64,000 bases of DNA from Gracilinanus agilis (lineage: Eukaryota): NCBI RefSeq assembly GCF_016433145.1, contig NC_058132.1:171867292-171931291 (forward strand), written 5' to 3'. This document shows, in pieces, positions 24,261 through 36,206 of the stretch; the stretch's first letter is position 1, and each line of letters opens with the position of its first letter. A program made the position numbers and the translations under genes. The notes below the pieces were generated by a model. The model worked only from the letters and a program-made list of their open reading frames with translations, had not been told where the DNA came from and did not search any database.

Positions 24261-24689
24261 TCATTTACAAGGACTGTGATCACTTCCAGTTTGGGAAAAT
24301 GTAAGAGTTGCTTTAGTTGTTGAGACTGAACATTATAAAGTAAGAGTAGACAACAGGAACTTTTCCCTTTATTTCTTCCTGAGAAAATTTGTTAACGGAT
24401 TAATGGATTATGAAAAGTGAAATGAAGACTTTGGACCTTTGTTTTCCTTGTTGGCATGGTATATTTTCTGGAAAAATAAATTTGTTTTTAACTCTTAGTG
24501 TAACATAAAATATGCATTGTCCCCAGAACACTAAAACCTTATTTTCTGTAATTAAGATTTGTAATTGCATTGGCATGGATGCCCCTCCCACCAATGCCAG
24601 TTTTTCCCCTTTATGACCAAATATAACAAGTCCTGTCCCTCTTCCAAATGACAATCTTTCAGGTAGTTGAAGACAACCATCATGGACCC

Positions 24690-25600
24690 CCAACTCTTCT
24701 CCAGGCTGAACATTCCCACATCCGTCTACTCTTCAAGAGACCATTAAATTAAGGCATTTAACCATCCTAATTACCCTAGTTGGAACATTTTCCAGTTTAA
24801 TAGCATCTTTCTTAAATTGGTGCCCAGAACTGAAGACAGTACTCTGAATATCATCTGATACAAAATATCACCTTCTTAATCTTGGACACTCCAAGATTAT
24901 GAATTTTTTTCTTTACCATGTTATAATTTTGACTTATATTGAGCTTGTAAACTACTAAATCCCTCCCCCAAAACATTTCAGACAAATTGCTGTCTTGCCA
25001 TGCCTTTCAAAATTTGTACTTAATTTTTTTAAACTTAGCTACCTAAAATTTTAAAAGGACAAATATAATTTTATTCTATTAAGCCAAGTGTTATAACCTG
25101 TCAGGATTATTATGCAAACCGGCCTTCTCATCTGGTGTGTTTGCTAGTCCTCTAAGCTTTATGAGTACAGATTTTATATGAGTACCATCAATGCCTTTAC
25201 CAATTCATTAATAAAAATATGAAATAGCGCAGGACCAAGTACAGATCCCTAACATGTTCCAATAGAGGTTTCAGATTCTAAGTTGGCATCAAACCAGTAC
25301 CTCAAAGAGTCTTTGAGAGAATATTCAGCCACTTTTAAATCCACTTAAGTGTACTATCATCTAGTTCATGTCTCTCCATCTATTCCACAAAAGCACATGC
25401 TATGTACATTATCAAATACTTTGCTAAACTTCCTATCATTACCTTTTTCTAACACTTTTGTAGCTATCAAGAAGAGAAATAAAAGAAGAGAGTCTGGCAT
25501 GACCTATTTTTGCTAAGGAGTTTGTTGGCTCTTTACTATCACAGCTTTCTTTTCTGGATACTCACTAATAATCTCTTTAATAATATATTCTAGAATCTTG
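24690..25600 (-). mobile_element. CR1/L3 LINE remnant
   Basis: ggtgcccagaactgaagacagtactctgaat...gcaggaccaagtacagatccc...tctggcatgacctattttt: reverse CR1 RT/3' pattern. Confidence 0.6.
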
Positions 25601-26159
25601 TTTTAGTAAACAATTTCATGAGTTGCTTTGGCCAAAAATTCTATCACCTAGTAGCTAATCTTTTGATGACAAACATCTCCAAATTTAGGTAAGCTGATCC
25701 TGGGGGCACAGACCATTGCTAAATCCATCCTTCCACCCCAGGAGGAAACTGAATAAGCTTCCTTTCATTATCGACATAAGTTTAAGAACTCAACATCACC
25801 TCTGAAATAATAATGATTGGTAGAGGGCACTAAAATCAAGTAATATTGCTTCACAAATGTTAAAAAAATTATTGATTATAGTTGCAGTTCACAGGCCAGG
25901 AATGGACATTTATACAATAAAATTAAATGCACAATTCATTTAGATACATAATTTTAGGAAACAAGTTTTATATTCATTCTTAAGCCATTGTCAGTAAAAT
26001 AATAATTTACTTTGCAAACCAAAGAGCATCATTGATATTCCAGAGATCATTTTTTGTGTTTTTAAGCTCTGGATTGAATTTCAGTGTCCAATGCGTAGTA
26101 AACACTCTTTAGTAAATTAGGAAATGGTTATTTTAAAGCTTTCTTGTACTTCCTTCTAG

Positions 26160-26621
26160 CTTGCCACAGTACAGAGGCTGCTTTCTGAAAAGGGCACTCA
26201 AGTAAACACCAGAGATGAAGATGAATACACACCTCTCCATCGAGCTTCATATAGTGGACACTTAGATATTGTCCGAGAGCTGATTGCCCAAGGGGCAGAT
26301 GTTCATGCAGTGACAGTAGATGGCTGGACTCCCCTACATAGTGCCTGCAAATGGAACAATACCAAGGTGGCATCTTTCTTACTTCAGCATGATGCAGATA
26401 TCAATGCTCAAACAAATGGCCTGTTGACCCCCTTGCATCTTGCTGCAGGAAATAGAGATGGCAAAGACACCCTAGAACTCCTTCTCATGAATCGTTACAT
26501 CAAACCAGGCCTAAAAAATAACTTGGAAGAAACAGCATTTGATATTGCCAGGAGGACCAGTATCTACCACTACCTCTTTGAAATTGTAGAAGGTTGCACA
26601 AATTCTAAACTGGATTCTTAA
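26160..26621 (+). CDS. ANKRD49: ANKRD49 last coding exon (153 aa + stop), ankyrin repeats: LATVQRLLSEK...YTPLHRASYSGH...WTPLHSACKWNN...LTPLHLAAGNRD...VEGCTNSKLDS*
   Basis: Three TPLH ankyrin motifs. Acceptor cttccttctag| at 26159, phase 0 in frame with the previous exon; stop TAA 26619-26621; total protein 244 aa. Confidence 0.98.
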   Translation, partial: LATVQRLLSEKGTQVNTRDEDEYTPLHRASYSGHLDIVRELIAQGADVHAVTVDGWTPLHSACKWNNTKVASFLLQHDADINAQTNGLLTPLHLAAGNRDGKDTLELLLMNRYIKPGLKNNLEETAFDIARRTSIYHYLFEIVEGCTNSKLDS

Positions 26622-26919
26622 AAATTCTGATAACTTTAATCCTTTTCTGAGTAGCTGCACTTCCTTTGGATAAAATACAGTACATTCCAGAATATTAAAT
26701 TTAGTTCAAAGAAGGTATTTTGAAAACAGTCAGTAGTATTTATTCCTGTTGGTTAGACAGATTCACTGTCAAAGTGTATATGAAAGGGCTCTGAGGGGTT
26801 TTCTATTATTTATGTTTATGTGGTGATTTTGTGATATGGTCAAACATAACTCTAACTTACTTGCACTTTTGTGTACTTCAAGTGTCATATTAAAATGTGT
26901 CATTTTGGGTGTTAAGCCA

Positions 26920-26925
26920 AATAAA
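26920..26925 (+). terminator. Probable ANKRD49 polyadenylation signal AATAAA
   Basis: First canonical AATAAA about 300 nt after the stop, followed by a U/GU-rich stretch. Confidence 0.65.
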
Positions 26926-27929
26926 ATGCTTTTTAAAACAGCCCATATTCTGGGTCTTTATTCCCTATTTACTATATGGAATTTTATGTTTAAAACCTGT
27001 TAGTATTATTCTATCCAGATAAAACTTTGAATACTTCCCCTTTGTGAAATCCTATGGTTGTTATAAAATAATTGCAGTGTGCCATAGTGAAAAGAGGCAC
27101 TAGAGATACAAAAATAACAATCACTGACCTCAGTGGATTTTGCCTACTGGACATGTGCAATATATGCATATATTTAAACATGAAATATTTCAACAGGGAG
27201 AAAGCACTAAGAATTGGGGAAAAAAGGAAAGGCTTTCCAGAGGAAGTGAGACCCAAGCAACCGTAGGCAAAAACCTTCAGGGGGCAGTCCCCTATTTCTT
27301 GCAGGATAAAATATCTTATTAGCCTACAATTTACAATCTGACTTTTCCCCAGATTCCATATTGTTTACTAGCTGCTCTCCAAACATAGCAGTGTTATCTT
27401 CCAACTTCACAAGAAAACACATGCCCTCTTTATGCACCTCTTCGGGATTGCTCCTTTTTTTTTGAGGCTCCACTCAGATTCTAGTTCCTCTTATCTGCCC
27501 TTATCCCCAATAGGGGAAAGTACTCTCTCTCCTTTATTCCCCATCGTTTTCACCTTGAAATATCCTTGTCTCTGTATATATCCTATTATTCTTTCCTCAA
27601 TTAGAATGTTAATTGAGAACAGTGACCATTTAATTTTTTGTCTTTGTATCCCCAACACCTAACAGTGTCTGGCAAACATTTACTGAATTGATTGGAGAAA
27701 AAGTCCAGAGAACACACAATTATTCTAGAGTACTTATTCTTACATAAATCTAGAATGAACCTCCTGAGACAATTCCAATTCCTTATGCCACATGCCTCCT
27801 TAATCCTCCTTTATACCTCCCTTGCTTGTACAAAGATAATAGAATCCTAGTTTTAGAACTGGAAAAAGATTTTAGTGGCCCTTATTTTATAGGGGAGAGA
27901 CTGAGGCCCAAACAAGTGAATTGGAAAGA

Positions 27930-29410
27930 AATTAATTGTTCGTGATTGAGTCATCCCAATATAATAAAAATGTTCGTACTACCCAAACCAATTTATAGAT
28001 TTAGTCAATCAAATTACTAAAAAAGCACTTTATAGAACTAGATGAAAGGATAACAAAACTCAGTTGAACAAAAAGTTTATAATTTCAAGAGAAAAAATGA
28101 GGGGAAAATCTAGATAGATAAAGGGTATAGCTTTAGCATTCCCCAAACAATATTATAAATCTGTAGTCATCAAAACTACTTGATATTGGTTGAAAAACAG
28201 CAAAGTTTAGAACAGACTAAATAAGAAATTGAAGCAATAAGAAACAGTCACGGTTTGATAAACCCAAGGACTTGAATTACTAAGAGGAAAACTCTTCTTT
28301 TGAAAAGAATGGCCAAGAAAATTGGAAAACATTTTGACCAAAAGTATGTCTTCACTGACATCTTATTATCGGTGTCGTCAGACTCAAATAGAAACAGAGG
28401 CCACTAACCCATACATAAGGATCCTGTGGGCTACATATTGACTTAGAAAACCATGTATTAAATTACCTATATTCTACTGTAGTATGTATTTTCCAATTAC
28501 ATTTCAATCTTATTCCCAGCAAGGGAGTGTTGAAAGCTGTCTTCTAACACCATATACCAGAGTGTTATAATTGTTGTTGTCAGAAGACTTGGATTCAAAT
28601 ATCAGCTCTGCTACTTATCTGTGAGGCTTTAGACAAGAACTTTTGATAGCCTTTGAGGTCCTTCACAGCTCTAAAATCATGGAGCTATGAAACATCAATG
28701 CTCAAAACAAATATGCAGCCTAAATATAAAAGATCATTTCATAAAAACATTAAAAGATCAGGTAAAGGTATAATTCTTAACCAGATAAGGGACTGAGGAG
28801 ATCATAATAGACAAAAATAAACATTTTCAATTAGTCAACTAAAATCAATGAAAATTAGGAGAGACTATAGAGCAGGAAAATATTTTCATCAAATATCAGA
28901 TAAAATCTAATAGCCAAGAGATATAGAGAACTGGCACAAACTGCTTAAAATGTCATTTCTCAGTAAATAAGTTGATGAAAAATAGCAGTGATTTTAAAAA
29001 TATTTACAAGCTATAAATGACCATATGAAAGCATGTTCCAAATCACTGAGACATAAAAAAAAAGTTAAAACAATTAATTTTAAAATTAAAACAATTCTTA
29101 GTTTTCACATCTCAACCTAAAACTTGGCAGATGACAAAATACAATAATATTCATTGTTGAGACTGTAAGAAGATCAATGCACTAAAAATTATAGGTGGAG
29201 CTGAACTGATCTAACCATTCAGATTATCAATTCGAAATAAGAGAAAAATAAATTGCCCTTTGACCTAGCAATCTCACTTCTGGACCTATACCTCCAAAAA
29301 TATCAAAGAACAAAAGGTTCTATGTATGTCAAAATATTCACAGCATCACTCTTTGTGGTTGAAAAGAGCTGAAAATGATACGTGAGCTCATCAGTTGAGG
29401 AATGGCTAAG
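27930..29410 (+). mobile_element. Old L1 ORF2 remnant, interrupted by a MITE and other repeats
   Basis: ctacccaaaccaatttatagatttagt...gtagtcatcaaaactacttgatattggttgaaaaacag...ccctttgacctagcaatctcacttctggacctatacctcc. Confidence 0.65.
28370..28552 (+). mobile_element. hAT-type MITE (same family as 54380-54535)
   Basis: ggtgtcgtcagactcaaatagaaacagaggccactaacccatacataaggatcc...atattgacttagaaaacca...caattacatttcaatct; internal blocks shared with the copy at 54380. Confidence 0.6.
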
Positions 29411-29527
29411 AAAAACAACAAAGCCTCTTGGTTTCCCTGACTTCTTTCAAGACTTAAATCAAATCTCATTTTTTGCAGGAGTCCTTTTTCAGTGCAGCCA
29501 GCTGTACATATTGCCTCTGTATATGCT

Positions 29528-29719
29528 CTTTAAAAAAAATTTGCCTTAGAATCAATAGAAAGTATTGATTCCAAAACAGAAGAATGGTAAGGGCTAGCAA
29601 TTTGGTTTAAGCGACTTGTCCAGAATCACAAAGCTAGGACGTTTCTGAGGTCATATTTGAACCCAGGACCTCCCATCTCTAGGCCTGGCTCCCTATCCAC
29701 TGAGCCACCTTGCTGCCCC
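29528..29719 (-). mobile_element. SINE1_Mdo/MAR1-type SINE
   Basis: Reverse copy ending ...ctccctatccactgagccaccttgctgcccc. Confidence 0.88.
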
Positions 29720-30390
29720 ATACTCTAAAACTTGTATGTACTTATTTAATTAGATCATGAGCTCCTTGAGAGCAAGATCTGGTTTTTGTCCCCCTTTGTA
29801 TTCCCAACACTTAGCACAATGCCTGACAAGCTTTTTGACTGAATAAATTAAATCTTTTGGGTCTCGAATTATTGAAAAACCAATGAAGGTTCTAGAAAAC
29901 ATAATGAAACATACCTTCTTCACTCAGCAGAAACTAATAGAGCAGACTATTGTATATACTTTTTGTCACAAGTGACAGTTCAGTTTGGAGGAGGAGGTTG
30001 AAATGGCTGCACTGAAAAGACAAAGAATAAAGCATTTTTAAAAATGATTTCCTATAAAGGAGGACCAACTGAGCAACTGAAAGTTCAGTGAAAGGTCTGA
30101 AGAATAGTGAGACATACCTCCAACTTTTTAGCCATGGGATGAGGAATTATACATGGAATCATTGGATTGTGGTTTGTTTACTAAATTGTTTTTGTTACCT
30201 GGAATCTTCAATCTGGCAGAGAGTCATTTTTATAGAAATGACTATGATGTGAATACGAAAAGTATTAATACATGTTTTATTCTACTAGCTCTGTGGATCC
30301 TGGGCAAGTCATTTAACTGCTGCTGGCCCCAATTTCCTCAACTGTAAAATGGGAATGATAGTACCTACCTTGTTAAGAGTTATGAGGATT

Positions 30391-30593
30391 GGGGGCAGCT
30401 GGGTAGCTTAATGGATTGAGAGTCAGGCTTAGAGACGGGAGGTCCTAGGTTCAAAATCGGCCTCAGACACTTCCCAGTTGTGTGACCCTGGGCAAGTCAC
30501 TTGACCCCTCATTGCCCACCCTTACCAGTCTTCCACCAAGGAGCCAATACACAGAAGTTAAGGGTTTAAAAAAAAGAGAATTTAAAATAAAAA
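30391..30593 (+). mobile_element. Young SINE1_Mdo inserted into an older MIR (30290-30690)
   Basis: Near-consensus body; 12-bp TSD agttatgaggat at 30378-30389 and 30594-30605. Confidence 0.92.
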
Positions 30594-30891
30594 AGTTATG
30601 AGGATCAAATGAAGCTATATTTAAAAATATATATATTTAGAACAGTGTCTGGCACATAGTGGATGCTATATGAATGCTTTTTCTCTTGCCCACTAATTAC
30701 ACAGAAAAGCTATTGAAGGGAGAAAATATAAAATGGATGCAAAAAAAAAAAAAAAGAACAGAACGCTATTTTTTAACCCTTACTTTCTATCTTAGTAATA
30801 ACTCAATATAAGAGGAGTATGCAGATGGGGGTTAAATGACTTGCCCAGGGTCACAGTTGGAAAGACAATGTTTTTAAAATACACATAAAAA

Positions 30892-32303
30892 GTTCCATTG
30901 TCCTCCGCCCACACGGTCCAGGGGAATGTTTGCAGCCGGAGACTCCATCAACCCCACACAGGGTTCCAAGGCCAAAAGCCTGACAGGGCAAGGAAGTGTT
31001 CTCTCGTTCTTCCGTCCCACCCCTGCCTCACTTCCGGTGATGCGGGGGTGGGGGGGGGGAGGCCTGGAGGAACGCGGCTCCCTAATCTGTCTAATCTTCC
31101 TGAGGGGACCGATAGAGAACGGACCCTATATAGTAGGAAAACTAGGAAGAGCAGGAGGAAGTAGATGATGCTCCCACAAGTTTTTGGACGAAGATCTATG
31201 AAGGCCATTTTGAAAGGTTTCTTTGTTGCTGTGCCTGTAATAGTAACCTTCTAATATCAAGTAGCCTGTGTAGCAAGAATGGAAGGAGCTTCGATGCAGC
31301 TTTCTTTGAATCCTGGGAGGAGCAGGTCATCTGATATAGTACTTTGAACCACTGGAAAGTTGGGGATTGTGAAGTACCTCGTGGTGATATCGTGGGTATC
31401 TCCCCAAAACCCAGAGCAGAAGAGCATTAAGCAAGTGATTGCGCCCGAGGGAGACATTATCAAAACAACAATTGGGCACAAGAATAGGTATGGACACAGC
31501 TTTGATAGCAATGCTTTTGGGCCAGTTTCCTTTTAACTTCTCCATGCCCATGCCACTCATATGCTGTGGCCTCCAGAACACTGGCAACGTTTGGAGTCCA
31601 TTCTCCCTCCAGAACATGCACCAGTTCAGATTGAAGAGAAGGGACCTCCTTGCATCGGCATGGCCACTTTAACTTGGGAAGACAATCTTTTTAAAAACGC
31701 AAGGTGGGGAAGAGAGAAACCTAAAAATCCAAGTATTTGGTTGAAGCTGCAAAAGGAGTATTCATCTAACCTATGGTTTCATATTGAAACAGAAAGAAAC
31801 TACCAAAAAAAAACTACCAAAAAAATCTTTCAGATGAAATAATTATATGATATACAGTATTTTGTCTGAAGTACTTATACAATAGCATAAATGTTCTTAT
31901 TGTGCAGTACCAAAAAAAAAAAAAATGGCAGGCCAATGTGACTGTTTCAATGGCCTCTCCATATGTCATGGTAGGGTTGAATTGTTGGTACATTTGTTTC
32001 TTAATCTGTCAATTGTTGATTTTTTTTAAAATCTGGGTTCTGGCTGCTGAAAGATCCTGAACTAGTGTTAAGCTTGATGAAAACATGTTTACCTAGTAAA
32101 TAGTTCTTGCGTGATTCAGCTTGCATGTGAAGAAACTGCCACAGACACAATGTGATTTTAATTGTCAACATTGAGTAGTTAGAAAACAAATAGTGAACTT
32201 GCAAAAATGATGATTTATTCTTTAAAAAAGAAAATCCATGGTACTGTGTTATAAGGGAGAAATATATATATTTGGAAATAAATGTGATGCTAAGAAAGAA
32301 AAT
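30892..32303 (+). pseudogene. IMMP2L: Processed (retro)pseudogene of IMMP2L, mitochondrial inner-membrane protease subunit 2; CDS-homologous part 31165-31644
   Basis: From ATG 31165: [50 protein letters not shown]...NHWKV...[27 protein letters not shown]...[46 protein letters not shown], collinear with IMMP2L and intronless. Stops at 31252 and 31534, frameshifts near 31343 and 31395. AATAAA at 32277-32282, decayed A tail, TSD aaaatacacataaaaa (30876-30891) / aaagtacacagaaaaa (32304-32319). Confidence 0.95.
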
Positions 32304-32389
32304 AAAGTACACAGAAAAAATAAGGCCATCTGAGGACAAACCAGATAGGGCAGTTTGTTATTAGTTTGCTACTAATCAATCAAAAATGA

Positions 32390-32760
32390 TTTAATAAACC
32401 TATAGCACATGCCAAGCAGTCAACTAAAATTGATTAAGCACTTGCTATGTGCCAAACACTGCCCTAAGCACTGGGGATGCAAAGAAAGGCAAAAATAGTT
32501 TCTACCTGCAGGGAGCTGACCATCTAAAGGAAGACACAACAGGTGAATAAATGAAGGAGACACTCAGTAGGCAGAAGGAAATCTCAGAGGCTCCAGCAGC
32601 CAGGAGAACCCTGAAAAGATTCCTGCAGGAGGGGGCACTGGAACTTAATCTTGAAGGAAGCCAGGGAAACCAAGAGGCAGAGAAGAGACTCCAGATTATC
32701 CCAAAAGTAAGGAGAGCCCATTTAGAGGCAGAGAGACGGTGATGGAATATCATGTATGAA
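32390..32760 (-). mobile_element. L2 LINE 3' remnant
   Basis: ttaagcacttgctatgtgccaaacactgccctaagcactggggatgcaaagaaaggcaaaa...ggagctgaccatctaaagg. Confidence 0.7.
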
Positions 32761-32977
32761 GAACAGCAAGGAGGCCAGGACAACTGGCATTTCCAAGACT
32801 GTAAAGGGTATTGAGTTGGATTTAATATACATTTCCGGGGGAGGGGGGTATACATTTCCGGGGGGACTGCATATAACAAGTTTTCTGTTTAATATAAAAG
32901 CCTCTTTTTTGTTCTTTTATACTGACATGTTCATGGTTCTGGATGATTGTTAAATTCATAATAAAAAAGAAAATTTT

Positions 32978-33170
32978 GGGGGCAGCTGGGTAGCTCAGTG
33001 GATTGAGAGCCAGGCCTAGAGATGGGAGGTCCTAGGTTCAAATCTAGCCTCAGCCACTTCCCAGCTGCATGACACTGGGCAAATCACTTGACCCTCATTG
33101 CCTACCCTTACCACTCTTCTGCCCAATACTGTGAATTGGCTCCAAGATGGAAGGTAAGGGTTTTAAAAAA
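32978..33170 (+). mobile_element. Young SINE1_Mdo
   Basis: gggggcagctgggtagctcagtggattgagagccaggcctagagatgggaggtcctaggttc...gatggaaggtaagggtttt. Confidence 0.92.
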
Positions 33171-36031
33171 TATATATTAAAATGAATGAAAAATCCCTTC
33201 AGATGAATTCAGTACATAAATATTTATCAAGCTCTCACTATGTACCAGGCACTGTACTAAGCATTGAGGATAAAAAGAAAGGGAAAAGATAATCTCTGCT
33301 TTCAACACTCTCAGTCTGGGGAGTTGAATCAGGGAAAGCATGAACCACTCTGAGAATCATCTCCAACAAACCTTAAAATAACACTTCAAAACGAATACTG
33401 GAGCGAAAGAACCAACAAAGGGATGGAGTAAAGCAACTTCCTTGCAGAAAATTACTTGAAAGGTAGGCAGAGAAGATCAGGTTCACTGGGGTGTGCAGGG
33501 AGAGCAACCTATAGCAAGACTGTACCAGCACAAGCCAACAGCTAGCTCCCCTACCTCACATATACTGTTCCAGGTTCTGAACCTGGGCCCAAGTGAGACC
33601 CCGAGACCTGCCTAAGCCAATAGCAGTATAACACCACATATACCCCTTAAAGTTTTAAGCACCAGAACAAGCCTGCAGGAGGATCCAAGTCCCAGTGCAA
33701 GGTAGTTGACAGAACTCCTGGCTGGTGCAAGCCAAAGGAGAGGCAGAGATCCCCTCACCCAAGCCTGCAGTGAGGGCCTAAACAAGATAGTCTGTGCTAG
33801 GCTTGACCTGTCTAAGCCCAGAGCAGTCCAAAGTCCCTTCCCAAAACTGAGACTAGGCCCTAAGCACCAGCACAAGGTATCTCACAGAGCTCTGAGCTCA
33901 GAAAGCCATCAGTAGCCCCAGGGGAATATTGAATCAGCAGGCCATCACACTACCTTGAAAGAATTGAAACTTGCAGAAACCCAGAAATAAAGCTAAGGGT
34001 AGCAGCAAGGAAAAACTAAAGTTCAAGAGAGTACCTTCTCTACCTAGAGAACATAGCCCACCTTTAAGATAAAAGTAAAAGTCAAGAACAAACATTTAAA
34101 AAAAAAAAAACCTAACCATTGAAAATGTTATGGAGACAAAGAAAAACAAGGCACAGAATCAGAAAATTGTCCTACTGGATCTATACTCCAGTTCAGTTTT
34201 GTTTTTTAATGAAATCATTAGATTCTACTTGCCCAATTCTAATTTTTAAGAGATGATTTTCTTCTATGAGTTTTTAACTTCCTTTTCTATTTGGGCAAGT
34301 GGAAGCTAATGGCACCATGAGACATGAAAAAACAAATAAACTCAAAAGAATGAAAAAAATAGAAAACATGAAATAATTCATCAAAAAGAAAACAACTGAC
34401 CTGGAATATAAATGCAGAAGAGATAATTTAAGAATTATTGAACTACATGGTTAAAAAAAAAAAGCCTACACATCAAATATCACAAGAAATTATCAAAGAA
34501 AATTGCCCTGATGTTCTTGAACAAGAGAGTAAAATAGAAATTGAAAGGATCCACAGGAATATTATAGCTAAATTCAAGAGCTCCCAGATCAAGGAAAAAA
34601 TACTGCTTGCAGTCATAAAGAAACCAAATACCATGGCATTAAAATTAGAATTATACAAGATCTAGCAACTTCTACATTAGAGGACTGGCTTGGAATATGA
34701 TATTGCAGAAGACAAAAGAACTGGGTTTACAATCCAGAATTGTGTACCCAGAAAAATTGAGTATATTCTTTCAGGGGTAAAATGGTCAAGTAATAAAATA
34801 GAAGATTTCCAAGCAGACCAGACCTAAACATAAAATTTGATATTCAAATTCAAGATTAAAGAGAAGCATAAAAAGGCAAATAATAAAGAGAAAATTTAAG
34901 GTATTCAATAAGGTCAAACTTTATATTCCTATGTGGAAATATGACATTTTTAATTCTTAAAATTTTTATTAGTAGTAGAGCTCTTATAAGGAGTATACAT
35001 AGACAGAGAGTTTGGGGAGTAACGTAGGATGACATGACATGTAATAAAAACAACAATCAAGGGATGAAAAGAGGATTGCACTGGGAGAAAAGGGAAGGGA
35101 AAGGTAGAATGAGGTAAATTATCTCACCTAAAGAGGCATAAAAACTATTATAGTAGACGGAAAGATAAGGATGGTGACACACAATGCTTAAACCTTACTC
35201 TCATCATAATTGGGTCAAAGAGGGTAACAACCATACTCACAACCAAATTCAGAAAAATAGAAATAATAAATGCATCCTCTTCAAATCATAATGCAATAAA
35301 AATTTTCATCAATAAGGCTCCATGGAAAGACAAATAAAAAATTAATTGGAAATAATAATCTAATTCTTAAAAGGGGGTGGGTCAAAAAACAAATTATAGA
35401 AACAATCACTAATTTCATTAAGAATGACAACGAGCAAATAGCATATCAAAATTTATGGACTACAGCTAAAGCAGTACTTAGGGGAAAATGTATATCTCTC
35501 AATGCTTGCATTAATAACAGAGAAAAAGTGGGAAAATGAATTGGGCATGCAACTAAAAATCTAGAAAAAGAAAACAAATTAAAAATCTCCAATTAAAGAC
35601 TAAATTGGAAATCCTAAAACTCAAAGAAATTAATTAATTTGAAAGTAGGAGAATCATTGAACTAATAAATAAGACTAGAAGTTGGTTTTATTAAGGAAAA
35701 AATAGAACCTTGGTTAATTTGATTTAAAAAGGAAAGAAGAAAATCAAATAACCAGTAAAAAAATGAAAGAATGAATTCACCGCCAGTGAAGAGGAAATTA
35801 AAACAAAGATTTGGAGCTATTTTGCCCAATTATATGCCAATAAATCTGATGATCTAAGTGAAATGGATGAATATTTTCAAAAATATAAAATGCCCAGATT
35901 AACAAAAAAGGAAAGAGAATACTTAAATAATACCATCTCAGAAAAAGAAATTGAACAAGCCATCAATGAACTCCCTAAGAAAAATTCCCCAGGAACAAAT
36001 AAATTCACAAGTGAATTCTATCGAATATTTT

Positions 36032-36177
36032 TTTAATTTAATTTAATTTAATTTTTTAATTTTCATTTTGAATATTTTCCCATAGTTACATATTTCATGT
36101 TCTTTCCCTCTCCCCCAAGCCACCTAACCCCACTTAGCCAATGCACAATTCCACTGGGTTTTACATGTATCATTGTC
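36032..36177 (-). mobile_element. Short L1 3'-end insertion, antisense within the older L1
   Basis: T-rich tail then gaatattttcccatagttacatatttcatgttctttccctc...; flanked by tatcgaatattt / tatcaaatattt (TSD). Confidence 0.7.
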
Positions 36178-36206
36178 TATCAAATATTTAAAGAACAATT
36201 CCAATA

